Shown here piece after piece: positions 38,835 through 51,305 of a DNA stretch of 64,000 nucleotides. The translations under genes were made by a program, and so were the position numbers. Below the pieces are notes generated by a model that saw only the letters and a list, made by a program, of their open reading frames with translations, was not told the DNA's origin and did not search any database. Source of the stretch: Mobula hypostoma (taxonomy: Eukaryota); the NCBI RefSeq assembly GCF_963921235.1, contig NC_086097.1, forward strand, positions 222,644,001 to 222,708,000, written 5' to 3'. Each line of letters opens with the position of its first letter. Position 1 is the first letter of the stretch.

Positions 38835-41095
38835 ACAAGCAAGAGAAAATCTGCAGATGCCGGAAATCCAAAGCAACACCCGCAAAATGCTGGAGGAACT
38901 CAGCAGGCCAGGCAGCATCCATGGAAAAAAGTACAGTCGATGTTTCGGACCGAGACGCTTTGGCAGGGCTGGTGGTGGGGAGGGGCGGGGAAGAAAGATG
39001 AGTAGATTTTAAAAGGTGGGGGAGGGGAGAAAGAAACACAAGGTGAAAGGTGAAACCAGGAGGGGGAGGGTTGAAGTAAAGAGCTGGGGAGTTGATTGGT
39101 GAAGGAGATACAGGGCTCGAGAAGGAGGAATCTGGGAGAGGACAGAAATCCATGGAGGAAAGAAAAGGGAGGAGGAGCACCAGAGGGAGGCGATGTGCAG
39201 ACAAGGAGATAAGGTAAGAGAGGGAAAAGGGGATGGGGAATAGTGAATGGTGAAGGAGGGGGTGGGGGGCATTACCAGAAGTTTGAGAAACCGATGTTGG
39301 AGGCTACCCAGACGGCATATGAGGGTGTTGTTCCTCCAACCAGAGTGCGGCCTCATCGCAACAGTGGAGGAGGCCATATCAGAATGGGAATGGAAAGTGG
39401 AATTAAAATGGGTGGCCACTGGGAGATTCCACTTTTTTCTGGCGGATGGAGCATAAGTGCTTGGCAAAGCGGTCTCCCAATCTACGTCGGGTCTCACCGA
39501 TATACAGGAGGCCACACTGGGAGCACCAAACACAGTATGTGACCCCAACAGACTAAAAGGTAAAGTGTCACCTCACCTAGAAGGACGGTTTGGAGTCCTG
39601 AATGGTAGTGAGGGAGGAGGTGTAGCGGCAGGTGTAGCACTTGTTCTGCTTGCTAGGATAAGTGCCAGGAGGGAGATCAGTGGGAAGGGATGAATGGACA
39701 AGGGAGTCACGTAAGGAGCAATCCCTGCGGAGAGCAGAAAGTGGGGGGAGGGGAAGATGCGCTTGGTGGTGGAATCCCATTAGAGGTGGCGGAAGATTCA
39801 GAGAATTATATGCTGGATGTAGAGGCTAGCGGGGTGGTACGTGAGGACAAGAGAAATCCTATCCCTGGTACGGTAGCGGGAGGATGGGGTGAGAGCAGAC
39901 ATGCTTGAAATGGAAGAGATGCATTGACGGCAGCGTTGATGGTGGAGGAAGAGAAGGCCCTTTCTTTGAAGGAGGAGGACATCTCCCTCATTCTGGAATG
40001 AAAAGCCTCATCCTGAGAGCAGATGCAGTGGAGATGGAGGAATTGAGAGAAGGGGATGGCATTTTTACAAGTAACAGAGTGGGAAGAGGTATAATCCAGG
40101 CAGCTGTGAGAGTCCATATCTTTATAATTGACATCAGTAGATAAGCTGTCTCCAGAGACAGAGAGATCAAGAAAGGGGAGGGAGGTATCAGAAATAGTCC
40201 AACTAAATTTGAGGGCAAGATGGAAGTTGGAGGCAAAGTGGATGAGGTCTACAAGTTCCGCACAGGTGCAGGAAGCAGCACCAATGCAGTCGTTCATGTA
40301 GCATGGGAAATGTGCGTGACAGTCATCAGTGTAGGCTTGGAACATAGACTGTTCCATGTAGCCAACAAACAGGCAGGCATAGCTGAGACCCATGCGACTG
40401 CCCATGGCTACACCTTTTGTTTGAAGGAAGTGGGAGGAGCCAAAGGAGAAATTATTGAGAGTGAAGACGAGTTCAGCTAGGCAGAGGAGGGTGGTGATGG
40501 AGGGGAACTACTTGGGTCTGGTGTCCAGAAAAAAAACAGAGAGCTTTGAGGCCTTCCTGGTGGGCGGTGGAGGTGTATAAGGACCAGACATCCATAGTAA
40601 AGATAAGATGATGGGGGCCAGGAAACCTAAAATCATTGAAAAGATCCAGAGCGTGTGAACTGTCATGGATGTAGGTAGGAAGGGATTGAACTTGGTGGGG
40701 GGGGAGGGGATAAAACAGAGTCACGGTATGCAGATCTGAGTTCAGTGGGACAGGAACAAGCTGAGACAATTAGTCTACCTGGACAAGCAGGTTTGTGATC
40801 TTGGATAGGAGGTAGAAATGGGAGGTGCGGGGTGCAGGAACTATGAAGTTGGTGGCAGTGAATGGGAGATCCCCAGAGTTTATAAGGTTGTTGATGGTGT
40901 GGGAGACAATGGCCTGGTGCTCCTTGGTGGGGTCCTGTTCGAGGGGTGAGTAAGAGGAGGTGTCTGAGAGTTGTCGCTGGGCCTCAGCAAGGTAGAGGTC
41001 AGTACGTCAGACTACTACAGCAGCCCCTTATCTGCAGATTTGATGGTGAGGTTAGGATTGGTGCAGAGGGAGTGGAGAGCAGAGCATTCAGAAGG
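38835..41095 (-). mobile_element. Penelope-like retroelement (RT plus GIY-YIG endonuclease), 5'-truncated, with hammerhead-bearing 3' terminus
   Basis: Minus strand has TMDVWSLYTS, MGSRMGLSYACLFVGYME, (RYIDD-like) CYMND, FLDL, and GIY-YIG IYCVWCSQCGLLYIGETRRRLGDRFAKHL (39456-39539). A degenerate hammerhead lies at 38934-38972. Confidence 0.92.
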
Positions 41096-41249
41096 AATTA
41101 GGCAATTTGGCCCATCAAGTTTGCTCAGCCATTCCACCATGGCTGATTTATTATCCTTCTCAACCCCAATCTCTTATCATGTTGAGCAGCCTTATGTGTG
41201 GCATCTTGTCAAAGACCTTTAGAAATTCCAATTAAGAGCCCACGATATT

Positions 41250-43215
41250 ACAGAAAAGATACTAGTAGACTGAAGATTGGCTGAGCAGCAGGACACAGAG
41301 TGGGAATAAATGGAGCCTTTTCTTTTCAAATCTTTTTATTATTATTATTATCTAAAATTAACACGAGTACATCGAAGTAAGCAACGCTTAGAATATCTCA
41401 AGAAAAAAAACATTATTTTAAAGATTGAAAAATTTTTGGTGATAATAAAAAAAACCTACTAAGCAAGAAAAAGTGGAGGAAAAAACCCCATTAGGTGTTC
41501 AACCCCAGAGCCACGCGTCGTACAAAAAGCTTCTAAAGATAAACATCAAACCGCCGACAAGAAAAAAATGTACCAAAAATTTATAATTAGATCGTGGAGG
41601 AAATCTATCAATTAACTCAAATGATAATAACGAGCAAATGAACCCTATCTTTTCTCAAAATCAAATATAGGTTCAAAGGTTTGACTTCTAATTTTCTCCA
41701 AACTAAGACATAGCATCACTTGAGAGAACCATTGTGACAAAGTGGGAGCTGATGTATCCTTCCACTTCAACAAAATGGACCTCCTAGCTATCAATGTAAC
41801 AAATGCAATAACATGTTGGTCAGACACAGCGATACCATGGATATTTTGAGGAATTATTCCAAAAAGCACAGTTAATTTGTCAGGTTGTAACTTAATTTTG
41901 TGCTTTAGCAATTGTCAAAAAAACTGACTTCCAGAACTGTTCCAGTATAGAACAAGACCAAAACATGTGTGCCAGTGTAGCTGTCTCAGTTTTACATCTA
42001 TCACAATGACTATCAACATTAGGAAATATTTTAGACAGTCTCTCCTTCGTCAAATGGTAATGATGTACAATTTTAAATCGAATCAGTGAATGACTAGTCA
42101 GATCGAAGAAGAGTTAACCAGCTTCGGAATCCGCGTCCAATCCTCCGTCATAAAAGTCAAATTGAGTTCCTCTTCCCAATCCTGTTTAATTTTAAATAAA
42201 GGACGTTTATCCCATTGTAACAATAAATTATAAATTCTTCCAAAAGAACCCTTCATCGAAGGGTTCATACTGATAATAATATCTAATGGGTCAGTATAAG
42301 GGAGCCTTTTCTGATGACTGGTGGTGTTCTGCAGGCTTGGGGCTGGGATTGCTGCTTTTCACATTACATGTCAGCAATTTGGATGAAAGAATTGATGGCT
42401 TTTCAGTGAAGTTTGCAGATGATATGAAGATAGGTGGAGGGGCAGATAGTATTGAGGAAGCAAGGACTTCCACAGATTGGGAGAATGGGCAAAGAAGTGG
42501 CAGATTGAAGGTGTAGGGAAGTGTATGATCATGCAGTTTAATAGAAAGAATAAAAGCGAAGACTTATTTTCTAAGCAGGGAGCAAATTCAGAAATCAGTG
42601 GTGCAAAGGGACATAGGAGCTCTCGTACATGATGCCATAAAGGTTAGCTTGCAGGTTGAGTTGGTGTTAAGGAAGGCAAATGCAATGTTAGTATTCATTT
42701 CAAGAGGACTAGTATATGAAAGCAAGAATGTAATGCTGAGTCTTTATAAGGCATTAGTCAGACCGGGAGTGAAAATATTAACATATGAGGAGCAGTTGAT
42801 TGCTCTGGGCCTGTACTCACTGGAGTTTAGATGATTGAGAGGTGTCTCGTTGAAATTTATCAAATACTGAAAGGCCTAAATGGAGTGGAAGTGGAGAGAT
42901 GTGTCTTATAGAGAGGAAATGTAGGACCAGAGGGCAGTGCCTCAGAATATAAGGACATCCCTTTAGAACAAAGTTGAGGGTTTCTTTAGCCAGTGGGTGT
43001 TAAATCTGTGGAATTCATTGCCACAGTTGGCTGTGAAAGCCAAGTCATTGGGTACATTTAGAGCAGAGGTCCATGGGTTTTTGATTAGTAAGATTGACAA
43101 AGATTACTGGGAGAAGGCATGAGAGTGGGTTGAGAGGAATGATAAGTGAGCAATGGTGAAATAGCAGACCAGACTCAATAGGTAAAAAGTTCTAATTCTG
43201 CTCCTATGTCTAATG
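41250..43215 (+). mobile_element. CR1 RT plus 3' end, degenerate, split by an L1 insertion
   Basis: KFADDMKIGG and KANAMLVFISRG motifs; CR1 3' UTR at ~43130-43215. Confidence 0.85.
41324..42296 (-). mobile_element. L1-clade LINE 3' fragment
   Basis: Flanked by duplicated ggagccttttct (41312-41323 and 42301-42312). The minus strand has zinc knuckle CDRCKTETATLAHMFWSC, IARRSILLKWK, and an AATAAA/A-rich tail. Confidence 0.85.
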
Positions 43216-44664
43216 TTTTTCAGTTGTCAATGTTTTCCAACTCAGATTGAAAATCCAGTGAAATTTCCTAATAAGTGGTTTGTCCAAATGACCTCAGTTA
43301 CTGTTTATTCCCATGGGCATTATGACCTCAACCTATTCCGGATATTCCACTTGTTCTATCCACCCCCTACCCCCGACCCTCCCTACAGCTTAAAACCAAC
43401 TTGCTACCTTTCTTTCCTAGTTCTGACAAGATGGTCAGAAGCCTGCAATGCGGACTCTGCTCTTCTTTTCACAGGTCTTGCCTATTGCATGATTTTAGCA
43501 TGTTCTTGTGTTTCTTATTTAGTATCTTTAGGGGCTCATTTACTGTGTGATTAATGTGTGGTAGAATATTGTAATTTATTTTATTCTCTTATTTTATACA
43601 GATAGCTAGGCAACTGGCCATGGAAGATTTCTGCTCAACATTTGGTTAGAATTTATTAACTAGAAAAGCATCAAGCATACCATTAAGTTTTTGTCCAATA
43701 ATTGAAATATATTGCAGGGAAATAAGTGAAAGAGGAGGTCTGATTGGATTGTACTGAGGGACAACATAGATTTGCTGAGCCAATTAGTTTGCTTCCATCT
43801 CCTAAGCAAAAATGAATGAGTATGAATGAATGAATTTTAATTTTATTACATCAGTTTTAACTAAAATCTGTTAAGTGGATACAATGCATTTTGTTACCAG
43901 AGTTAGCTCTGGTGAAACAGTTACAAGGTTCAGGGAGTCCAGACTGGCAGTTGGTTGAACTTGTGTCTCAAACCACCCACTTGTTTTTTTTAAAACAAGT
44001 AATCCTCTGTCTATAAAGCAGCTCAAATTATTGGCTCAATTTCACAGAAGAACCTTGCTTTGTTGTAAGAGCACTTCACGTGAAACTTCACTGTCCTGTC
44101 TGCTGAAGGGAGTTACTCAAATCGAGAAACTGACATTTTTGTGGCTGTCCATTGAGGAGTTGCAATACACAAAGAGAAAAGGTGTAGAGGTGATTTTTTT
44201 GACTCGGGTACAATGAAATCAAATGGACACCTGCCTAGTCAGTCACACAGGAAAAGGATATTGAAACTGTCTTCAACCACATCAGAGCCACTGTTTTGAT
44301 ACAAGGTGTTGTCTTTCTGATGAGTCGTTCAGCATAGAAACAGGCCTTTCAGGTCACTGAGTCCCTGCTGACAATCATGTATCCAACTACATTAGTCCTA
44401 CCTTAATCCCAATTTTATTCTCCCCATATTCTCAGCAGCTCTCACCTTTGTTGAAATTTCCCCTTACATTCACAAGATTCTGCAGTGTACAGTCCAGAAC
44501 CTACCTGTCAGTCCATAGTATCATTCATTATTTTTTAAAAACTGCTTCGAGCCTTTGGGTCTCTCCAGAGTCAGTGTCAATGTTGGATCGCTGCATATAA
44601 TGAAGATTCGTGTTCTCCATCAGATTATATCCCATGTCAGCCACTAGGATTCCTTTCCTGCAAA

Positions 44665-46250
44665 CTTCAAAGTTCAGAGTAAAGTTTCCATACAACCCCA
44701 AGATTCTTTTCCTGCGGGCATACTCAGCAAATCTATAGAACAGTAACTGTAAATAGGATCTGTAAACTGTAAACATCAGGAATTGTTATCTGTAAATAAA
44801 TTGTGCAAATGCAGATATAAATAAATAACAATTAATAACGAGCATGAAATAACAAAATAACAGAGTCCTTAAATGAGTGCAGCTATCCCCTTTTCTTCAA
44901 GAGCCTGATGGTTGAGGGGTAGTTACTGTTCTTGAACCTGGTGGTGCAAATTCTGTGGCACTTGTACCTTCTACCTAATGGCAGCAGTGAGAAAAGAACG
45001 TGGCCTGGGTGGTGAGGATCTTTGATGATGGATGCTGCTTTTCTATGGTAACGTTGCATGTAGGTGTTCTCAATAGTTAGGAGGGTTTTACCCATGATGT
45101 ACTGGGCCACATCTACTACCTTTGGTAGGATTTTCCACTCAACGGCATTGGTGTTCCATACCAGGCCATAATGCAGCCAGTCAGCACACTTTCCACCACA
45201 CAGCTATAAAAGTTTGCCAAGGTTTTTGACGAAATGCCGAACCTCCAAAGACACTTGAGGAAGAGGAGGTGCTGTCATGCTTTCTTAACAATAATATTAG
45301 TATGATGGATCCCGGACAGGTCCTCTGAGATAGTGACACCCAGGAATTTAAAGTTACTGACCCTCTCCACTTCTAATTCTCTAATGATTACTAGCTCATG
45401 GGCATGTCATTTCCCTCTCCTGAAATCTACAATCAGTTCCTTGGTCTTATTGACTGAGAGTTTGTTGTTATTACACCACTCAGCCAACTTTTCAATCTCC
45501 CACCTGTGTGCTGATTCAACACCCCCTTTGATACAGCCCACAACAGTGGTTTCATCAGTAAACTTGTATATGGTGTTGGAGCTGTACTTTGCTAACAGTC
45601 ATAGGTGTGAAGCGAGTAGAGCAGGGGGCTAAGTACACATTTCTGCGGTGCTCCTGTGCTGATGGAGATTGCGGAGAAGTTGTTGCCAACCTGAACTGAC
45701 TAGGGTCTACAAGTAAGGAAATTCAGGATACAATTGCACAAGGGGGTATTGAGGCCCAGATCTTGAAGTTTTGAGGGGGTGGTGGTGTAAAATGCCAAGA
45801 TGTAATCAAAAAAGAGCATCCTGATGTATGCATCTTTGCTGTCCAGATGTTCCAGAGTTGTGTGAAGAGCCAATGAGATAGCATCTGCTGTAGACCTGTT
45901 GCTTCGTTAGACCAGTTTAAGTGGATCCAAGTTGCCATTCAGACAGGAGCTAATATGCTTCAACACCAGACTCTCAAAACACTTCACCACTGTGGAAGTA
46001 AGGGCTACTGGGCAATTTTTATTTAGACAGGTTGCCGTGCTCTTCTTGGGTATTGATACAATTGAAGACTGCTTGAAGCAGATGGATACCACACACCGCC
46101 AGAGCGAGAGGTTGAAGATATCCGTGAGTACACCAGTCAGCGAGTTGGTACAGGTCTTCAGTACTCGGCCAGGTACTTCGTCCGAACCGAATGCTTCCCT
46201 TGGATTCACTGTCTCAAAGGCAGCACGTCATCTTCAGATACTGAGACCAA
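44665..46250 (-). mobile_element. Rex1/Babar LINE RT plus 3' UTR, degenerate
   Basis: PVALTSTVVKCFE, IIKDPHHPGH, TTRFKNS; tail (tttgaa)n. Confidence 0.9.
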
Positions 46251-46430
46251 AAGAACATCGGGAGACATGGGGTGTGCGTAATTGTTCCTCCCTCTTCTGG
46301 TGGAGGAACTTCTGTGTCCAACCATCAAATTAAAAAAAAACATGAGATCTTCTATCTCATGACAATCTGCACCAAATCCTGAATGTGAATCTAAATAAAT
46401 TTACTCACTTCATAAAATAGTAATTACAGA

Positions 46431-46537
46431 AACAAAGCAACACACACAAAATGCAGGAGGATTTCAGAAGGTGAGGCAGCATCTATGGAAATGAATTACC
46501 AGTCGACGTTTTGGGCCAAGACCCTTCTTCAGGACTC
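46431..46537 (-). ncRNA. Best-preserved minimal hammerhead ribozyme motif (46500-46536) in a PLE-terminus repeat; G12 is mutated
   Basis: Minus strand agtc-CTGAAGA-a-ggg-tcttgg-ccc-AAAA-cg-TC-gact. Stems I and II pair and the core is complete except GAAA>AAAA at a CpG site. Confidence 0.65.
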
Positions 46538-47899
46538 CTAAAACTGTTCCATAACTCCTGAAAATCATAGAAATGGTCAATTCTTGTATATAGCTGATAT
46601 CCTTTAATAACTGAACTTCTGCTGAAGATAAACTCAACCAAGATGAAATTCCACATTTCTCTCATCTTTCAGGTTCTAAGGACATTAGTCAAGTGTAATT
46701 GCTTCCTGTTAAAGGAAGCACGAGTGTCAACGCACTGGCTTTTTCCACACTCTGTGTAACACTCAGAATGCTTAGGAGCCGTGCTCATCATCTCCTCAGT
46801 GCACAGTGCACCATGTCCATCTCGTAACAAGCCCCTTTTCTAAGTAAACCCTGTTGACCTGAAACACAAGGAAGCAATCAGACAGCTGATCACTAAAGAC
46901 TGACACGTTTATCTGAAGCTGATGATATAGAAGTATCTTATACTTTTAATGTCAAAACAATTTTATCCGGCATGAAGAGGGCTTTCCCAAGCTTCAAGGT
47001 TGCTTGTAGGTGACTGCAGTGCAAATTGCTTGGATTGATAATGATGCATTAAGTGATGAAAAGCAATGAGGCTATGTCTCAGCTGTAATTTATGTATAAG
47101 TTCCTTGGATATTAATGAGCCCTAATGACTGAAGTTATAGCTTCCTAATTAAACTGCTGTTGTTTAATTAATGAAGCATGATTGAGACATCAAGGAAGGA
47201 TTTCCATTCTAAAAAAATTTAATAGCAAAATGAACCTGCTCTAACAGTGATACAATGGCTGTGCGAGGATAATAGATCCTTTTATGTTACATAGATGAAA
47301 TTCCTATCTGAATTTCAAAAGAACTCCATTTTCAAAGCACCTACATTTACAATAGATGTTACTTATACTTGTCAAAACTTTCAGCAAATCCATAATGATA
47401 GCTTTTGAATCCATACCATTTAAATTACTGGTCTTTTGAGAAAGTATAAGTGTTTTGTATCAATACCCTGGTTGCCTTTTTCGTGACAAAATAGGAAGCT
47501 GACATCTACGTAGGTACTAAAAATAGTTTCAAGCTAACCATTGAATGGAAATAATTTAGCCACTAAATAAATGGGCTTCCTTAACATCAAAGGTAATTGG
47601 GTCCTTAAGGATATTGAGATCCTATAGGATGCAGGCCTCAGCAAAACCAACAAAATCAAAAACTCTTTTCATTCTCAAGCTTTTTATTAGCATTAGTCAA
47701 ATCCAAAATATCCTAGGCACAAGGCATTAGAAATTGGAGTGAAAATCCATCAATGAATGGTATAGCTGAAGAGATATGGGAATATTGACAGCTGACTCAC
47801 TCTCATCCAATGCCTTCATTTCCACTGATTTCAGTGGGGCCAAATGTTCAGGAGAGAGTACAACTGGTGGCCAGTGTTTCCACAAACATATAGCATGAG

Positions 47900-50220
47900 C
47901 AGGAGGGAGGAGAAGATGGCGGCGTGATGCAGCGCGCGCAGCCGTTCCGAATGATATCGTATGTGTTAACTAGGGGCCGTGCACAATCCTGATTTGGTGG
48001 AGACAGCTGTGAGAAGCACGGAGGAACACCTGGAGAAACTTCTGAAATGCCCGCTTCGCTGCCGCTGCTACTGATGATAGTGAGGACAATATGAGCGAGG
48101 TTGATGTTCTGGAGCATGTTGATATTAAGGGAGAGGAGGTGTTGGAGTTATTAAAATACATTAGGACAGATAAGTCCCTGGGGCCTGACGGAATATTCCC
48201 CAGGCTGCTCCATGAGGCGAGAGAAGAGATTGCTGAGCCTCTGGCTAGGATCTTTATGTCCTCGTTGTCCATGGGAATGGTACCGGAGGATTGGAGGGAG
48301 GCTAATGTTGTCCCCTTGGGTAAAAAAGGTAGTAGGGATAGTCCGGGTAATTATAGACCAGTGAGCCTTATGTCTGTGGTGGGAAAGCTGTTGGAAAAGA
48401 TTCTTAGAGATAGGATCTATAGGCATTTAGAGAATCATGATCTGATCAGGGACAGTCAGCATGGCTTTGTGAAGGGCAGATCATGTCTGACAAGCTTGAT
48501 AGAGTTCTTTGAGGAGGTGACGAGGCATATAGATGAGGGTAGTGCAGTGGATGTGATCTATATGGATTTTAGTAAGGCATTTGACAAGGTTCCACACTGT
48601 AGGCTTATTCAGAAAGTTAGAAGGCATGGGATCTAGGGAAGTTTGGCCAGATGGATTCAGAATTGGCTTGCCTGCAGAAGGCAGAGGGTGGTGGTGGAGG
48701 GAGTACATTCAGATTGGAGGATTGTGACTAGTGGTGTCCCACAAGGATCTGTTCTGGGACCGCTACTTTTCGTGATTTTTATTAACGACCTGGATGTGGG
48801 GGTAGAAGGGTGGATTGGCAAGTTTTCAGATGACACAAAGGTTTGTGGTGTTGTGGATAGTGTAGAGGATTGTCAAAGATTGCAGAGAGACATTGATAGG
48901 ATGCAGGAGTGGGCTGAGAAGTGGCAGATGGAGTTCAACCCGGAGAAGTGTGAGGTGGTACACTTTGGAAGGACAAACTCCAAGGCAGAGTACAAAGTAA
49001 ATGGCAGGATACTTGGTAGTGTGGAGGAGCAGAGGGATCTTGGAGTACATGTCCACAGATCCCTGAAAGTTGCCTCACAGGTGGATAGGGTAGTTAAGAA
49101 AGCTTACGGGGTGTTAGCTTTCATAAGTCAAGGGATAGAGTTTAAGAGTCGCGATGTAATGATTCAGTTCTATAAAACTCTGGTTAGGCCACACTTGGAG
49201 TATTGCGTCCAGTTCTGGTCACCTCACTATAGGAAGGATGTGGAAGCATTGGAAAGGGTACAGAGGAGATTTACCAGGATGCTACCTGGTTTGGAAAGTA
49301 TGCATTATGATCAGAGATTAAGGGAGCTAGGGCTTTACTCTTTGGAGAGAAGGAAAATGAGAGGAGACATGATAGAGGTGAACAAGATAATAAGAGGAAT
49401 ATACAGAGTGGATAACCAGCACCTCTTCCACAGGGCACCACTGCTCAATACAAGAGGACATGGCTTTAAGGGAAGGGGTGGGAAGTTCAAGGGGGATATT
49501 AGAGGAAGGTTTTTTACTCAGAGAGTGGTTGATGCGTGGAATGCACTGCCTGAGTCAGTGGTGGAGGCAGATACACTAGTGAAGTTTAAGAGACTACTAG
49601 ACAGGTATGCGGAGGAATTTAAGGTGGGGGCTTATATGTGAGGCAGGGTTTGAGGGTCAGCACTACATTGTGGGCCGAAGGGCCTGTACTGTGCTGTACT
49701 ATTCTATGTTCTATGTTCTATGTTCTACTGTGCGATCGAGAATCTCCGGAGAGGAAGGCCCCAAATCCTCGGCTTTGCCTATTGCCTGTTGCCGGGGCCG
49801 GGGTCGAAACGCTCGGCAGAGATGGTGCTCAGTGCTCGGTGCTCGGTGTCGGAGAGCTGGTTGGAGGCTCGGAGTTTTCGGACGGATTCAGAGTCAGACT
49901 GTGGTCGGGTGCTTCCAGGATGCTGCATCGGCGAATTTGCGGCACTGGAGGTTCACCATCTGCGTGTGATGATGGGACTTTCGAGAGACTTTGAGACTTT
50001 TTACCGTGCCCATGGTCTGTTCTTTATCAAATTACGGTATTGCTTTGCACTGTTGTAACTATATGTTTATAATTATGTGGTTTTTGTCAGTTTTTTAGTC
50101 AGTTTGTCTTGTGTTTCTGTGATATCATTCTGGGGAAACATTGTATCATTTCTTAATGCATGCATTACTAAATGACAATAAAAGAGGACTGCGTGTCCTC
50201 ATAATCTAATCTAATCTAAT
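47900..50220 (+). mobile_element. Non-coding retroposon (~660 bp net; 47900-48073 plus 49725-50220) split by a CR1
   Basis: CpG-rich head with AAGATGGCGGC, AATAAA and an (aatct)n tail; the sequence is continuous across the CR1 TSD. Confidence 0.65.
48074..49724 (+). mobile_element. Relatively young 5'-truncated CR1 LINE (RT domain, one in-frame stop)
   Basis: ORFs 48091-48636 and 48643-49641 are in the same frame, separated by one TAG. Motifs DFSKAFD, GVPQGSVLGP, KFSDD; (ttctatg)n tail; TSD ctactg (48068-48073 and 49725-49730). Confidence 0.95.
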
Positions 50221-50235
50221 AAGCAAAAGGACAGT

Positions 50236-50975
50236 ATTTTCTTTTTTTTTAATTTAAATTTTTTTTTATTTATTACAAACAAACAAAAAGCAACAAAAAA
50301 ATACAGCACATCCACAAAAACCACAACCATAACAAAATCAAAAAAGCAGCAAAAGGGAGAAAAATGTAAAGGCAAAACAGCAGAGGTGCACCGCACCAAA
50401 AAACCTCAGTCCTCACCCCGTAAGAAAGTCCAATACAGGGCCCCATATCCTTTAAACGATGTCCCCTCTGTCCTCATTACATAGTCTCAGTCTCTCCAAA
50501 TGTAAAGTATTTGCCAGTTCTCTCAGCCACAGATCGTACGTAGGCACAGAGTCCATTTTCCACATTTGCAGGATTAACTTCTTAGCAATCACCATTCCAA
50601 ACAATAGAGCCATTTTTTCATACATATTGGCTGAAGATAGGGAGCTTGTTGCTCCAAGGATGGTTATGAGCAGGTCCAAAAAGCCTCAAACAGTGAAAAA
50701 TACTTTTCCAGTATGCATAAAGCTTACAACATGACCAGAATGAATGTGACAAGTTACTGTTCACAGATTTATATCTATTACAAACTGGTGAAACACCAGG
50801 GTAGAAACTGTGCAACTTTTCTTTGGAATAATGGAGTCTATGTATTGTTTTAAACTGTATAAGTCTGCATCTGACACTGACCGAACAATCATGTATACTC
50901 TTTAAACACTCATCCCAGACCTCCTCTGTCAGTTCTATACCCCATTCATCCACCCATGCCTGCTTAAAACCTGCT
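50236..50975 (-). mobile_element. L1-clade LINE 3' fragment
   Basis: Poly(T) on the + strand at ~50240; minus ORFs LIQFKTIHRLHY, C..C...LSHSFWSC, IAKKLILQMWK. Confidence 0.85.
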
Positions 50976-51041
50976 GCTCTGAGTTTGGGCTATTGTTCCC
51001 CCAGGGAGGAAGTAATACCAGATCAACTCATTAGACACACA

Positions 51042-51305
51042 CATAGAAACATAGAAAATAGGTTCAGGAGTAGGCCATTCGGCCCTTCGAGTCTGCACCA
51101 CCATTCAGTATGATCACGGCTGATCATCCAACTCAGAACCCTGTACCAGCCTTCCCCCCATACCCCCGATCCCTTTAGCCACAAGGGCCATATCTAACTC
51201 CCTCTTAAATATAGCCAATCAACTGGCCTCAACTGTTTCCTGTGGCAGAGAATTCCACAGATTCACCACTCTCTGTGCGATTCCACAGATTCACCACTCT
51301 CTGTG
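51042..51305 (-). mobile_element. CR1 3' end inserted in a (CA)n tract, with a 26-bp tandem duplication at its 5' break
   Basis: catagaaacatagaaaatagg tail; attccacagattcaccactctctgtg occurs twice. Confidence 0.8.

Noticed and set aside
43385..43515. Additional hammerhead copy (ttctgacaagatggtcagaagcctgcaatgcggactctg)
   Set aside because: It is probably an older related PLE terminus, as is ~12290-12365, but too decayed to support the motif.
48091..49641. Functional or domesticated reverse transcriptase gene
   Set aside because: It is 5'-truncated, has an in-frame stop and FADD>FSDD, and has a TSD and tail typical of a dead CR1 copy.
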